From Chiloscyllium plagiosum (Eukaryota): DNA of 64,000 nucleotides. Made by a program: the position numbers and the translations under genes. The number at the start of each line of letters is the position of its first letter. Within the stretch, counting starts at the first letter, position 1. The notes beneath the pieces were generated by a model, which saw only the letters and a list, made by a program, of their open reading frames with translations, did no database searches and was not told where the DNA came from. Shown one piece after another: positions 1 through 12,980 of the stretch. Where the stretch lies: NCBI RefSeq assembly GCF_004010195.1, contig NC_057719.1:36867067-36931066 (forward strand), written 5' to 3'.

Positions 1-161
1 AAAGAAGAGAAAAAGAGGGAGAGAGAAAAAGAGAGAAAAAAAGAGAGAAAAAAGAGGGAGAGAGAGAAAACGAGAGAGAAAGAAAGAGAGAGAAAAGAAA
101 GAAAAAGGGAGAGAGAAAAAAAGAGAGAAAAAGAAAGAGAGAGAAAAAGAAAGAGAGAGAG
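1..161 (+). repeat. GA-rich low-complexity tract, probably the expanded E/K/R coiled-coil segment of the adjacent gypsy gag
   Basis: Almost purine-only (AAAGAGAGAG-like units), running directly into ...ERE-FELEKL and the gag-like reading frame. Confidence 0.7.
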
Positions 162-1843
162 AATTTGAACTTGAGAAGTTGTGACTTAGTCAGCAAAGTC
201 ATGTTAACAGGATGGAGATTAAAAGGTAGTGATATATAATATGTCAAAACTCCGCCACATTGATGTGAAAAACGTTGACGCCTTCTTTATTTCATTTGAA
301 AAATTGGCAAGGCAGATGGAGTCACAGAATGTATGGGTAATGCTCGTTCAGGCTAAATTAGTAGGCAGTGAGATATTTGCTGCACTGTCAGGTGAGGTGT
401 CAAGAGATTATGAAGAGGTTAAACAGGTTATTTTAAGTGCTTGCGAATTGGTACCAGAAGCATATAGATAGTGGTTCAGAAACACAAAGGAGGAACCAGG
501 TCAGACTTATGTTGAGTTTGGAAGAATTAAATATAGTCATTTTCAGCAATGGGTGCATGCTTTGAAAATAGATAAGACCTTTGAGGCTCAAAGCGTAATT
601 ATTCTGCTGGAGGAGCTTAAAAACTCACTTCTAGAGATTAAGAATTCACATGGAGGAATAGAAAGTTCAGGAAGTGAGAACGGCAGCAGAACTAGCAGAT
701 GAGTACATGTTGGTGCGTAAGACAAGCATTCCGGGCAGAATTTTGTCCTTTGAGGGATAGACGTTGGGGAGATCCTACATTACTAAACCAAAAGTAGAGA
801 GTACTGGTAACAGTGCACCAGATTGCATTGCCTGTAGCATACAGACAGGAAGTGTTATGGGTAGCACATGAACTAGGGCTAAAACATTTTCATTGGCCTG
901 GAAAGCACAAGGATGCAGTTAACGTTTGCCATGCATGCCAAATGGTAGCTAAGCCACAGGCGGTAAAACAACAAGCACCTTTGTTGCCAATTCCTGCATT
1001 TGAAGAACCTTTCACGAGAGTTATAACTGTAGGTCCCTTGCTGAGAACTAAAAGTGGAAACCAGTACTTGTTAACCATAATGGATGGGTCTACCAGATTT
1101 CCAGAGGCAATTCCATTATGGAGTATCAAGGCAAAAAAGATGGTAGAGGAGTTAGTAGATTTTGGGCTATCCAGAGAGATTCAATCGGACAAAGGCTGCG
1201 ATTTTATGGCTAAGTTGTTTAAGGTGGTTATGGATAGCTTAGGTATACAGTGTATCATCCTGAATCCCAGGGAGCTTTAGAAACATGGCATCCAAACTCT
1301 AAGACCATGTTGTGAGGTATATTGTCAGGTCTACTCAAATAATTGGGATAAAGGTATCTCATTCGTATTGGAGGACTAATGCTATTGTACATCAAGTAGA
1401 TGTAGTAGGGAATACCGCTCTGAAAAAAAACCCACCCCAACAGCTCAATCCTTTCAAAGCCATACAGGTCCAGATGGAGGACATAATTGAACCAAGCTAG
1501 AGCGAGTGGAGTTCGCCAAACATCTTAGTTCCCAAACCGGACAGGTCTTAACAATTCTGCGCGGATTATTGGAAGATCAACAGTTACAAAAATCAGACTC
1601 TTCTCCAATTCCTATATTGGAGGACTGTATCGAGAAAGTCAGACAAGCCAATTACATCACCAAGCTGACTTAAAGGTACCTGCCAGTAACCATGCATTAT
1701 CAGAGTCAGCAAAATAAATTTCTGCACTTGTAACCCCAAATGGGCTACATCAGTTTAAAGTGATAACCTTTGGAATGAAGAACGCACCAGCCTCATTCCA
1801 AAGACTCATGAACAGAGTTGTGACTGGGTTAACACACAGTGCC
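162..1843 (+). mobile_element. Degraded Ty3/gypsy LTR retrotransposon, Gmr1-like: SCAN-like gag, integrase, then N-terminal part of RT
   Basis: gag/SCAN-like motif DYEEVKQVILSACELVPEAYR (229-471); integrase motifs HFHWPG..C, EEPFTRV..GPL.RTKSGNQYLLTIMD..TRFPEAIPL, SDKG (813-1280); RT motifs IIEPS.SEWSSP, LVPKPD, FGMKNAPASFQRLMN (about 1480-1830). Multiple stops and frameshifts. Confidence 0.85.
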
Positions 1844-4175
1844 ATTATGGGTCGTAGGTCCTCTAATAATATCAGAAGGTTGCTGAATATGGCCCAAGTT
1901 TGTCAGCAATGATCGATTCAGGGGTTGGTGATTTTCTTAGATGCAGAGAAAGCATTTGACCAGGTAGAATGGCTGTATCTTTTCTGTCTTAGAGCAGTTT
2001 GGGTTGGGTGGAGTCTCTGCTAGGCGGGTGGAGGATTTATATCACCACCCTCTGGCCGTAGTCATCACCAACAGGGCGAAGTCTGGGAATTTTACAATTG
2101 GTAGGGGTAGTCGGCAAGGCTGCCCCCTCTCACCGTTGTTGTTTACATTGGTGATATGGCCTCTGCCAGCGGCTCGTCGTCAGAACATCCACATAACCGC
2201 TCCGGAAGTGGGATCGAGGGCACACAAGACTACACTGTATGCGGATGATATCCTGTTTTATCGAACCCGAAGACCTCTATACCCCATTTGATACAACGTA
2301 TCAATTCATTTGGGGCTATTTCAGGATATAAGATTAAGTTTGCAAAATCGGAGTCTATGCCTTCGGGGGACCTTAAGGATGTGCCAGAAGTTGAAGGTGG
2401 CCCTAAGTTCCCTTTTAAGTGGTCATGGGCAGGGTTACAACACCCAGGCATTTTTATTATCCCTAAGCTTGATCTGTTATTTCGGACTAACTTTGCTCAC
2501 TTGCTCGACAATATTAGGCAAGATCTGCATAGATAGGAGGCTCTTCCAATTTCATGGCTGGGCGAATATCTCTCATTAAGATGCATGTTCTTCCTCGTTT
2601 GCTTTATCCCATGCGCATGTTCCCTATAATGTTTCCCAGGTCAACGCGCGGAAGCTTATGGGCTAGTTTGGTTCCTTTGGCATCGTGGGCAGCCCCTCAT
2701 CAAACTTAATAAATTGCAGTTGCCTCAAGGAGGGAGAGGATTTGATTTCCCAGACATCAGAAGGTATCAACCGAGTTCCCTGCTGTCCTTTGTCTGCGAT
2801 TGGGTAGGTAATGATCCAAACTCAATATGGCTCGATATGGAGGCCTCCCAAGCAAAGTGCCCTCTTATTAACCTGTTGTTCATGGATAAGGACAGTTATG
2901 GACTACTGCCAGAACCCCATTGTCATTAGTACAGTCAAGGCATGGAGGGCATGCCAGGGTTCCGACCAGGGACGATGGACTCAAGGTTCAAACTATGGGC
3001 AGCAAGAGGAGCTTTTAGTTTGGGAGACTTGTTTGAGGGGAGAGGTTATGATGTCTTTTGAGCAACTGAGCCGCAAATACGGGTTACCCAGCAGAGATCT
3101 TTTCCTTTTTATCAAGTTAGCGATTTCATCCAGAAGACGACTAAGCCCTATAAGCCCAATACAGAGAGGGTGTTGCTACATTCCACAAGCACCCTTTCGG
3201 TTAGTGCCCTCTATCGCCTGCTGGGTGACAGGGCCTGGCAGGATATTAACCGGTTATGAGGGGTCTGGGACCAAGAGCTAGGAGTGGAGATCTCTTCTGA
3301 AACATGGGAGAACATATGTAATAGGACATGCGCAACACAGTTAAAAGTTATGTACAGGGCTCATCTGGCACCAGACCGTCTGGCGAAGTTTAAAAAAGGG
3401 GCATCTTCAGTGTGCCCCAAATGTAAAATAAGTGTAGGTACTCTTACCCATTGCATCTGGGCATGCCACAGGCTCCGTGTTTATTGGGGCACTGTGGCGG
3501 GAGAGATAGGGAGGGTATTGAGGACTGAAGTCAAAGCAGACCCGATATCTCTCCTCTTAGGTCTACCGAATTTACCATCTTTAGACGGGCATGGGAAGAA
3601 ACTATTTAATATTCTTGCATACTGTGCGCGGAAGAATATTCTGATGAATTGGGTGTTGGAGAACCTGCCGGGCTTACTGGGATTGCAGAAATTAATTATG
3701 GAGCACTTCCCTTGGACGTTTTTACAAACATGGTGCACCACACAACAGACCATTTTTATAAGACATTGCAGCCCTAATTGAGTTATTAGGATATAGATTT
3801 GTCAGTTATCCTAACTAGGGCGTTTGTCTAACCAGGTTGGTTAGATTTGTCAAGCCCTGGAGGGAGTCTCAGTTAATACGGATATATATATATACACACA
3901 CACACAATGCTCCCGTTCCTTTGTTGGGAGCTTTGCGCCAGCATAGCGGTTCTGTATTGTGTGGGTTTTTTTTGCTTTTTTTTGATGTTGCTTTGCACAG
4001 TGTTAGGGTTTGTTTTGTATTATAGGGTAGGTTTGTAGTTGGTCGACAGTAGTTGTATTGTAATTTGTGGCTTTTTAGTTTTTATTATACTGATATTTGT
4101 TATTGATTGTATTTTTCAATAATTTTATACATTTGTAAAGTTAAAAATTTGCAAATAAATAGATTTACAAAAAAA
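1844..4175 (+). mobile_element. 5'-truncated L1-clade LINE (ORF2 RT plus C-terminal CCHC, 3'UTR, A-tail) inserted into the gypsy RT
   Basis: LDAEKAFD, GRGSRQGCPLSPLLF, LYADD, CPKC...LTHCIWAC; AATAAA at 4154-4159 followed by an A-run; imperfect TSD acacagtgcc (1834-1843) / acattgtgcc (4176-4185). Confidence 0.85.
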
Positions 4176-4660
4176 ACATTGTGCCGTCTATTTGGACGAT
4201 GTAGCGATTTTTAGTAAGTCCTGGAAAGATCACATGGTACAGTTGGTAGAGCTCTTTGAACGACTATGAGAGGTAAAACTGGCGATAAACTTAAATAAAA
4301 TTGAATTCACGAAAGCAGAGGTGATGTTCTTGGGACATAGCATTAGTCATGGAAGGCTGACCCCACGGAACACAAAGACGAAGGCCATCGAGAAATTTCC
4401 ATGACCAACCTCGAAGAAAGATGTGCTTCGATTCTTGAGACTCGGCGGATTCTATCAGAAGTTTGTTCCAAACTTCAGCAGTGTAGTGGCACCACTAACC
4501 GATTTGCTGAAGAATACAAAGTTTCGGTGGACAGAACAATGCCAGAAGGCGTTCGACCATTTGACATCAATACTAAACACCAAACCAGTTTTAGCTACAC
4601 CAAATATTTCAAAATCTTTTGAAGTCGCCATCAATACTAGTGACATTGGAATTGGTATTG
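4176..4660 (+). mobile_element. Continuation of the gypsy element: RT C-terminus and start of RNase H
   Basis: Resumes as HCAVYLDD; then RFL.L.GFYQKFVPNFSSVVAPLTDLLK, PVLATP..SKSFEVAINTSDIGIG. Confidence 0.85.
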
Positions 4661-4729
4661 TGTATCACTTCCAATACATAATTTAAATGTGAGATCTCAG
4701 ACTTAGGTCCTATCAATCTTTTGACAAGT

Positions 4730-5620
4730 AATTTACATTAGTCTTCACTACTGCAGATAGAAGCAACATCCCAAAAACAGCAATAGGTCAAGAAATGGAA
4801 AAGATTCCAGATTTTACAAAAAAAAAAATCAATCGCTAGAGAAATTATATTTCGTAAATTGTGGGTTGTGCACAGATCATGATGAACTTCATCCTAGGCT
4901 CTTACAAGAGGAGACTAATGAGCTAATTCATTAATAAGCAGTGGTTTTAATTTTCCAAAACTCCCATGATTCAGAGATGGTCCGATTCAATCATGTTTGA
5001 CCAGTCTATTACTGCATTTTGAAGAGCTAAGAAATGTTGGGGTAAAAAGGAACTGGTGGATGTACCTGAAATTTCCAGAAGGTATTTGATACGGTGAAGG
5101 CATTTAATACAGTGAAGATATTTCATAACATGCCACACCACAGCTAACAGCAGAAAATAAAAAACTTGTGAAAGGGGTAGCATATTCACATGGAAAAAAC
5201 AATTGGCTGGCTAATAGGCAGCAGGAAATAGGCATAAATGCATATTGTTCAGACTGGCAAAATGTACTAAGTAGTGAATGCATCAAAGGAATTAGTGCTG
5301 GGATCTCTGAAGTTATTTACATAAATTGGGAACAATGTAGAGATGAAAGGTATGGTTGCCAAGTCTGATGGCACAGATTGACAGCAAAGGAAACTGTGAA
5401 GAGGACTCAAGAACATTACAAGAAAGTAATGATAGATTAAATGAATGGGAGAAGATGTAGCAAATGGAGAAAACTGCAGGAAATGTAAGAGTCAATTTTG
5501 GCAGAAAATATAATGATCTAAATGATGACATATTGTGAACTGAGGTGCAGAGGGAGCTTGGTGTCCTTACATATAAATCGCAAAAGGTTAATATGCAAAT
5601 ACAAAAATTAATTGGGAGTA
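4730..5620 (+). mobile_element. Highly degraded CR1-type LINE RT fragments
   Basis: Fragmentary similarity by eye to the better-preserved CR1 at 31252-33896 (D.QK.FD, NWLANRQQ, MEK-type motifs). Confidence 0.5.
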
Positions 5621-6309
5621 CTCAAATTCTTGGTAGGCACTCCCAGGGTAAGTGGGAGTACAATTTTGAAGTTACTATCAGATTAGCATCTTACTGAATG
5701 TGCTACTCCTAACATTCTTGTACATTGCATGCCTGAAAATGAGCTGAAAGGAACAATACACCCTCAAAGACAATCTCTGAAATCCAATATTTGTGCTAGA
5801 GCATGTGGTCATGATTTGATAATCAGTCTGTCTCACTAGTAACCTGAAATGGCAGGCTGATCACCAGAAGATGAAGTTCTGCTAAACAGCTTTGTTAAAG
5901 TCCTAGTGGATAGGGTAATTATGCATCACGAAATGTTGGGAAACTTGCATGTAATGTAATAGGGTTGGAAACCATTTTAGTTTAAAGTTCCCATAGTATC
6001 TCTTCACACTGCTTCGAGTTTATAAATCTAAAATTGCCAACCTGAGCCTGAGGTCACTGAATTTAGCCAAATAGCCCTCTGGGCAGTAGGAACATCATTT
6101 CCCTGCAATTCTCATTAACATGATTGAGACTCTTTTTTTTATTCTCCCCATTAAAATGACACCCTAAAAGGCAGTGAATGATTAATGTGCAGTGATATGG
6201 GGAAGGAGATTGGTACTCATTTAACAAGTTAGCATAGGCACAATGGGCTGAACAGCTTCTTTCTACACTGTAACACTTTTCAGACTGCAAAAATTGGCAT
6301 CATGAGCCC

Positions 6310-6910
6310 ATTAAATTTAATTTACTAGTTAAATATTTAGTTTGTTGCTGTATAGGAGCAAGAATGTCTTCCTGCAATTATACAGGATCTTTGAGAGCCC
6401 ACACCTGTAGGACTGAGTGCAGGTTTGGTCTTGTTACCTGAGGAAAGATGTCCTAACTATAGAGCGAGTGCGCCAAAGACTTACCAGAATGATTCTTGGC
6501 AATGGAAAGACTGACGTACGTAGAGATTGGACTAGTTTAGGTTCAGAAGGAGGGACAGAATCTTCTATAAAATCGATAAAACTCCAACAGGACTAAATGT
6601 AGGAAGGATATTCTGATGACCAGAAGTGCACAACTAGGGGTCAGAAGCTAAGGATATGACGCTGACCATTTGGGACGGAGATCAGAACAAATTTCTTTAC
6701 TCAGAGTGATGAACTGTGGAATTCTGTGCCAAAGAAATGATTGAGGCCAAAACATTGAACGTTTTCAAGAAGTAATTTATAGTTCTTAAGGCTACAGGGA
6801 TCAAAGGCATGAAACAAAAGCAGGATCAGGATACGGAGTTGAATGATCAAACATGTTCATAATGAACAGTGGACCAGGTTTGGAGGGCTGAATGGTCCCT
6901 GTTCTGATTT
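6310..6910 (+). mobile_element. Degraded CR1 LINE 3' end
   Basis: RPHL..CVQ.WS, RKDVL..E.V, FTRMI and 'NFFTQRV..LWNS' type segments plus CR1 3'UTR (gggctgaatggtccct). Confidence 0.65.
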
Positions 6911-7012
6911 ACTTCAGCTGTCTACTTATGAAGAACATCAGAAAACATCTTATTTAGAAAGAAACTGTTCCAAGGTAAATCCCTACTTAGTTAACATTCC
7001 TTGTTCCAGCGA

Positions 7013-7200
7013 TGATTTGGAGATGCCAGTGTTGGACTGGGGTGTACAAAGTTAAAAGTCACAGTACACCAGGTTATAGTCCAACAGGTTTAATTGGAAG
7101 TACACTAGCCTTCATCAGGAGCGTCGCTCCGAAAGCTAGTGTACTTCCATTCCAATTAAACCTGTTGGACTATAACGTGTAGTGTGATTTTTAACTTTGT
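7013..7200. mobile_element. Palindromic Penelope-derived mini-element (family C) with a split hammerhead motif
   Basis: Inverted arms 7046-7109 / 7135-7200; centre contains revcomp CCTGATGAAG and GGAGC-GTC-GCTCC-GAAAGCTA; flanking direct repeat TTGTTCCAGCGA (7001-7012) / TTGTTCCAGTGA (7197-7208). Confidence 0.7.
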
Positions 7201-7311
7201 TCCAGTGAGGTAGTGGTGGTCATGGGTTTCTTTTTTTTCTGAAATACAGCAGCCTTGTAACTTTGCTGGTCCAGACAGATTTGAAGGAATTGATATTTGT
7301 AAAACTGCTTA

Positions 7312-7509
<198 letters not shown>

Positions 7510-9779
7510 TCAGACCTCAAAATCTCTTGGCAAACTAATTAAACACAAGAGGTCATGAAACAGAAGTTGTTGCATTACCGAACAAGTGGTACCAGATTAG
7601 CTTTCATTTCTTAACATGTTGCTAAATTAAACGGTTTTCAGACTTTTAACATTGTTTAAAATTGAAAAAACCATAAATGGCCGCTGTGAAAAAGTTGCTT
7701 ATTAAAGGCTAGGAAGGAAATTTGACTTGGTTGATGAATTCTTCATCTGAATGAAGAATTGAACCAACAGTAGAAATTGATGTAAAATTATTCAGCCTGG
7801 AAAACCATAAACAATTCTGTTTTTGAAGGAATTTATTTTGTTTCCTAAGCTAATAAAAGATTTGGATGTAACCAAGACAACTCGTGAGCGCAGATGAAAA
7901 ATTCAAGCCATTTTGTTAATTGGCTGAGATTTGGCTACTGGATATTGCAGATAATGTTGTATTTAGAAAGAGGTATTGCCTGCCCTTCCCTAAAGGGAAT
8001 TAGGACAGTGCAATTCTGTGCACTTCCAGAAATGCTCACATTCCACACAAATAAATGGACAACATACTCTTTAGTTGCAGCCAATTACAGCTTTATTTCA
8101 GGCATGGGTGCAAGAATTGTGTTTCAAAAGGAGAGGCCACTAATTCCAAAGCATGGAACCACAACATCCAGAAAAACTGAAAAATCAATCAAGCTCAGCA
8201 GAACAGCTTTGCAATGAAACTGGTTGTGGATTTGCCCCAGGACATTACAGTAATGTCTCAGTTAATTGCCTGGCTTTCCCTCTCAAAATCAGAAGCAAGC
8301 CTGCTTGTTGGCCATTCTGCAGTGGTCAGCTAGATTCCCAACTCTTCTAAAGGAAAGAGTTGATCACAGATTACCGCAAGGCCTAGACAATAAGCCAGTT
8401 TGGGCCATCTGGTGGCAGGATATTATTTACACTGGGTTTGACTTGGTAAGTCAATGTGGCAAAGGCCCCGTCTTCCATCTTTGGTGAATCATTAGTGCAA
8501 TTAATCATTGCCACTGCCTCACTGACCAGAAGCCCGGCCATATCAACAACATAGCTAAAAGCTTAGGAGTTAGATACCCTGGGAAGAGAAACTGACCTCT
8601 TGCTCCATCATTGACAAACTACAAATCGGTAATGAGATTGAAGATCCAGCTGCATGGTTACAGCTAATACATTCAAGAAACACAAGACCATTTAGTGCAT
8701 AACAGGGCTCAGTCTTTGTCTCTTTAACTGGATACAATATTAATCCTCTCTACTATAAATATAGTGGCTTCAGCACATAACCATCCAGTGCAGCAACTCA
8801 GCGAGCTTTTCTCAAAAGCATCTCAAAGTTCCATAACCTTTACCATCAAGGCAGCAGCAAAACAATGGGTAAGATATCACCTGCAAGATTGTCACTTTCA
8901 CAACATTCCAACACTAACATGCACTGTTGTTCCCTAATTATTACTGGCTAAACATGCTAAAATTCCTTAACTAAAGACACTGTGGGACCTCTGACACAAC
9001 AAGTAGAATAACACAGTCACTAGCCACCAGGGGAACTAAGGATCAAAAATAAATGCCACTGCTACCCTGCCACCCCAAACTTGGAACTAAAGAAATATTG
9101 ACTTCAGACTTTACAGCTTGTACCTAATGAAATGTATCAATTTGACTATTAGGGTCAGCTACCACAAGGTTTTGACTTACTTTTCCTTAAATGCAAGCTT
9201 GCAGTGATATATCCAATTTCACCTAATAGCAAACACCAAATGCTGACACAATGATCCTGCAACTACGTGACAGCAATGAAATAGAACTTAATATATCTTA
9301 GACAAATGGAAGGCTGTCTGTCTTTAAATCTATAATGAACACTGGGGATATAAATGAGAAAGGCCCACCATTTAAAATTTTCTTGACTAGTCTAGATTGG
9401 GGTCGAACACAGCACAGGTATCCACTTAGCAAATCTAGAAATTTTGATTTAGGAAAGCAGCTATTTTCAAAAAAAAAATGAGAAGAGCCTACTGACTGAA
9501 TGTGCATGTAACAATTTTAAAAAGTCCTTATATTCGGTATGTAATTTTTATGGTTTATTTGATATATTCCAACCAAGTACCTTACAGTTACAGGTTACTG
9601 TCATATCACAATGTATAAGGAGCAGCACCAGAGATGGGCACTCAGCATTGCTTTCAGTAGGTGTTGAGAAAAAGAAACCCAAGACAGAGACAGACCTGGA
9701 TTAATTGCATGAAATGGTGCGTAATTAGATTTTCGACCTTCTCAGCTCCAGTTTAAACGAAATAGTCTGAAAAAAAAAA

Positions 9780-10066
9780 ATGCTTAATCCATGGCAGCTG
9801 TGTAAATGCCCAACCTGAGTCTTGAGCTGCAAGGATAAGAGCATAGGCAATTCAATAGTTATGGGAACAGCCTGCATTTGTGGTTTGAGACCGTGACCTA
9901 AGATGCTTCTCCCTGGTGCAAGGGTCAAGGACATCAGTGAATGACTGCAGGGTATTCTTTAGGGGTATGGCGAACAGCCAAAGATCATGGTTCATATTGC
10001 ACCAATGAGATTGCTAAAAAAAAAAAATGAGGTCCTAAAATTAGAAATTTAGGGAGTTAGGAAAGA
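9780..10066 (+). mobile_element. Old CR1 ORF1 (SGNH esterase-like) fragment
   Basis: LPGARVKDI / VHI..NEI-like motifs typical of CR1 ORF1 esterases. Confidence 0.55.
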
Positions 10067-10067
10067 G

Positions 10068-10705
10068 TTGTAGAGATGTACAGCATGGAAACAGACCCTT
10101 CGGTCCAACTCGTCCATGCTGACCAGATATCCCAACCCAATCTAGAGCCACCTGCCAGCAACCGGCCTATATCCCTCCAAACCCTTCCTATTCATATACC
10201 CATCCAAATGCCTCTTAAATGTTGCAATTGTACCAGCCTCCACCACATCCTCTGGCAGCTCATTCCATACACGTACCATTCTGAGTGAAAACGTTGCCCC
10301 TTAGGTCGCTTTTATATATCTTTCCCCTCACCCTAAATCTATGCCTTCTAGTTCTGGACTCCCCCACCCCAGGGAAAAGATTTTGTCTATTTACCCTATC
10401 CATGCCCCTCAATTTTATAAACCTGTACAAGGTCACCCCTCAGCCTCCGACACTCCAGGGAAAACAGCCTGAGCCTATTCAACATCTCCCTATAGCTCAA
10501 ATCCTCCAACCTTGGCAACATCCTGGTAAATCTTTTCTGAACCCTTTCAAGTTTCACAACAACTTTCTGATAGGAAGGAGACTAGAACTGCATGCAATAT
10601 CCCAACCAATGTCTTGTACAGCCGCAACATGACATCCCAACTCCTGTATGCAATACTCTGACCGATAAAGGAAAGCATACCAAACTCCTTCTTCACTATC
10701 CTATC
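10068..10705 (-). mobile_element. CR1 (HER1-like) LINE 3' end
   Basis: Reverse complement of the 3' end of the CR1 at 33250-33896 (DRIVKK.FGMLSFIGQSI.YRSWDVMLRLYKTLV; tail ...catgctgtacatctcta). Confidence 0.9.
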
Positions 10706-10851
10706 TGGGGGGGGGGGCACATTTAATCTTGTCCACAGAATTCTGTATCTAAACACAGTCTGTTCCGACATTCCAAATACTCACTCTTTGTCTATGTCTC
10801 TCGCATTCTCTCTCTCTCCCCGGAGAGGGGGAGGGAGAGGGAGGACGGAAC

Positions 10852-11002
10852 GAAAGAAAGAGAGAAAGAAGAGAAAGAAGAGAAAGAAGAGAAAGAAGAG
10901 AAAGAAGAGAAAGAAGAGAAAGAAGAGAAAGAAGAGAAAGAAGAGAAAGAAGAGAAAGAAGAGAAAGAAGAGAAGGAAGAGAAGGAGAGAAAAGAAAGAA
11001 AG
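10852..11002. repeat. (GAGAAAGAA)n 9-bp purine-only tandem repeat
   Basis: About 12-13 near-perfect copies visible directly. Confidence 0.95.
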
Positions 11003-11049
11003 ACACACAATTGGTTTTAAAAAATATAGGGTCATTAGGAAGATATGAG

Positions 11050-12980
11050 GAAAACACTTGTTCCAGTGGAGTTGAAAACTACATTAAAGACAGCAGTTCA
11101 GCTATGGCTACATCAGCCAAGATAAATGTAGAACCTTACAGGCAGACACAGGAGAATATATGATAGGAAACAGAGAAATAGCAAAGAAGCTAAATAATTA
11201 TTGTGTGCCGGTCTTCAGAGGAAGACAAAGAAATCACCCTGAAATGGTTATGACCCCCAGGGTCTATTCAGTGTATGTGGAAGTGAAATTAGTCTCAGCA
11301 AAAATACAGCAACATTAACAGAAATTAATGGGACCTAATGCTGTTAAATTCTTGGCATCTGATGATCTTCGAGGAGAAAGTGAGGACTGCAGATGCTGGA
11401 GATCAGAGCTGAAAATGTGTTGCTGGAAAAGTGCAGCAGGTCAGGCAGCATCCAAGGTACAGGAGAATCGACGTTTCGGGCATAAGCCTTTCTTCAGGAA
11501 TCGGATGCCCGAAATGTCGATTCATCTGATGACCTTCACCTTACAATGCTGAAAAAGATGACTACAGACATAATAGATGCACTGGTGATCATTTCTGAAA
11601 AGTCTATTAATTTTGCAATGGTGTCTGTAGATTAGAAATTGGCAAATATCACTCCATGAGAGGAGGGTAGTGAGAAAACAGTGGACTACAGATTCATTAA
11701 GCTGACATCAGCAGTAGGAAAAAAAAATTAGAATAAATTATACTGGATTCTGAAAATACAGAAAATAGCTGCTTGCTTGTGCAGAGTCATTATGAATGGG
11801 AAATCATGTTTGACAAACATGTCACAAAATCTTGTGGAACTTATTAGCAAAGTCAATATGGGGGAGAAAGAGTGGATACAGTGCACTTGGATTTTCAGAA
11901 AGCTTTTGAAAGAAGCCCCACATAGGATTGGTAGTTAAAATTAAAATATGTGTAATTGGGGGCAATATACTAGCAGAAATGGAGGATGAGTTAATGGACA
12001 GAAAACATGAATAAATGTCATTCTCAGGTTAACAGACTGTGACCACAAGGATCAATCCATGGGCCTATAATTTTCATAATCTACATCATAGATTTAGATA
12101 TGGGTTCCAAATGTGATATTTCTAATTTTGTAGATAAGAAAAAATCTGGTGGGAATGACGGTTGAGGACAAATTGCAAAGAGGCTTCCAGGTTATTTAGA
12201 CAGGTTTTGTTGAGTGAGTAAGAACATAATAGATTGAATATAATATGGATAACTAAGGTGATCCATTTCTTTTGTGGAAAGAAAGAAAATAGAGTATTTG
12301 AGAAACAGAGAAGTGCTGATGTCCAAAGGGACTTAGGTGTCCTTCTTCATATATCACTTAAAGCTACTGGAAGGCTTCAGCCAAAACTTTAGAAGGCAAC
12401 TGGCATGTTAGTCTTTATTACAAGATGATGAGAGTACAACAGCAAAGAAATCTTGCTTCAATTGCATACAACACTGATGAGATCGTCACTGGCGGAGTGC
12501 AGTTTCAATGCCTAAGGAAGGATATGCAGTGTAAGCTCATTGGACTGATTTCTGGGATGCTGCCACTGTCTCTATGGTGAGCCTTAGACTGTATCTTCTG
12601 GCATTTAAAAGGAAAGTGGCAATCCCACAGAAATGTACAAAATGCAGAAGGGATTAATAGAGCAGATGGAGAAATTATTTACCTTAATTGTGGAATCTAA
12701 AACCGTTGATTGCAATCGCAGAATGAAATGCAAGCCATTTGGGACTGTGCTGAAGAGGAACTTCTTCACTGAGAGGGTGATGAATCTTTGGAAATTTCTA
12801 TGAAGAGGGTTGTAAAAGCTCAGTCGTTAAGTTCAATACTGAGATCAAGGAGACTCCTAGTTACTAATGTTATCAAGGCATATGGGGATAATGCGATATA
12901 CCATGGTAAGGTGGATGATTGGCCATGTTGTAGAATAGTTGAACAGATTAGAGGGACTGAATGGCCTATTCCAGCTCCAA
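11050..12980 (+). mobile_element. Old degraded CR1 ORF2 (RT to 3' end), interrupted by a PLE mini-element
   Basis: W.LANITP, GKSCLTN, LDFQKAF, RNFFTERVMNLW-like motifs with many lesions; CR1 3'UTR gggactgaatggcct. Confidence 0.7.
11371..11522 (-). mobile_element. Penelope-derived mini-element (family A) with hammerhead motif and short inverted tail
   Basis: Minus strand GAUUC-CUGAAGA-AAGGC-UUAU-GCCC-GAAACGUC-GAUUC (11465-11502); TSD catctgatgatcttc (11356-11370) / catctgatgaccttc (11523-11537). Confidence 0.8.

Noticed and set aside
10749..11057. Lys/Arg-rich (protamine-like) and Leu/Ser/Phe-rich ORFs
   Set aside because: All are translations of the stop-free 9-bp microsatellite; no splice or promoter context.
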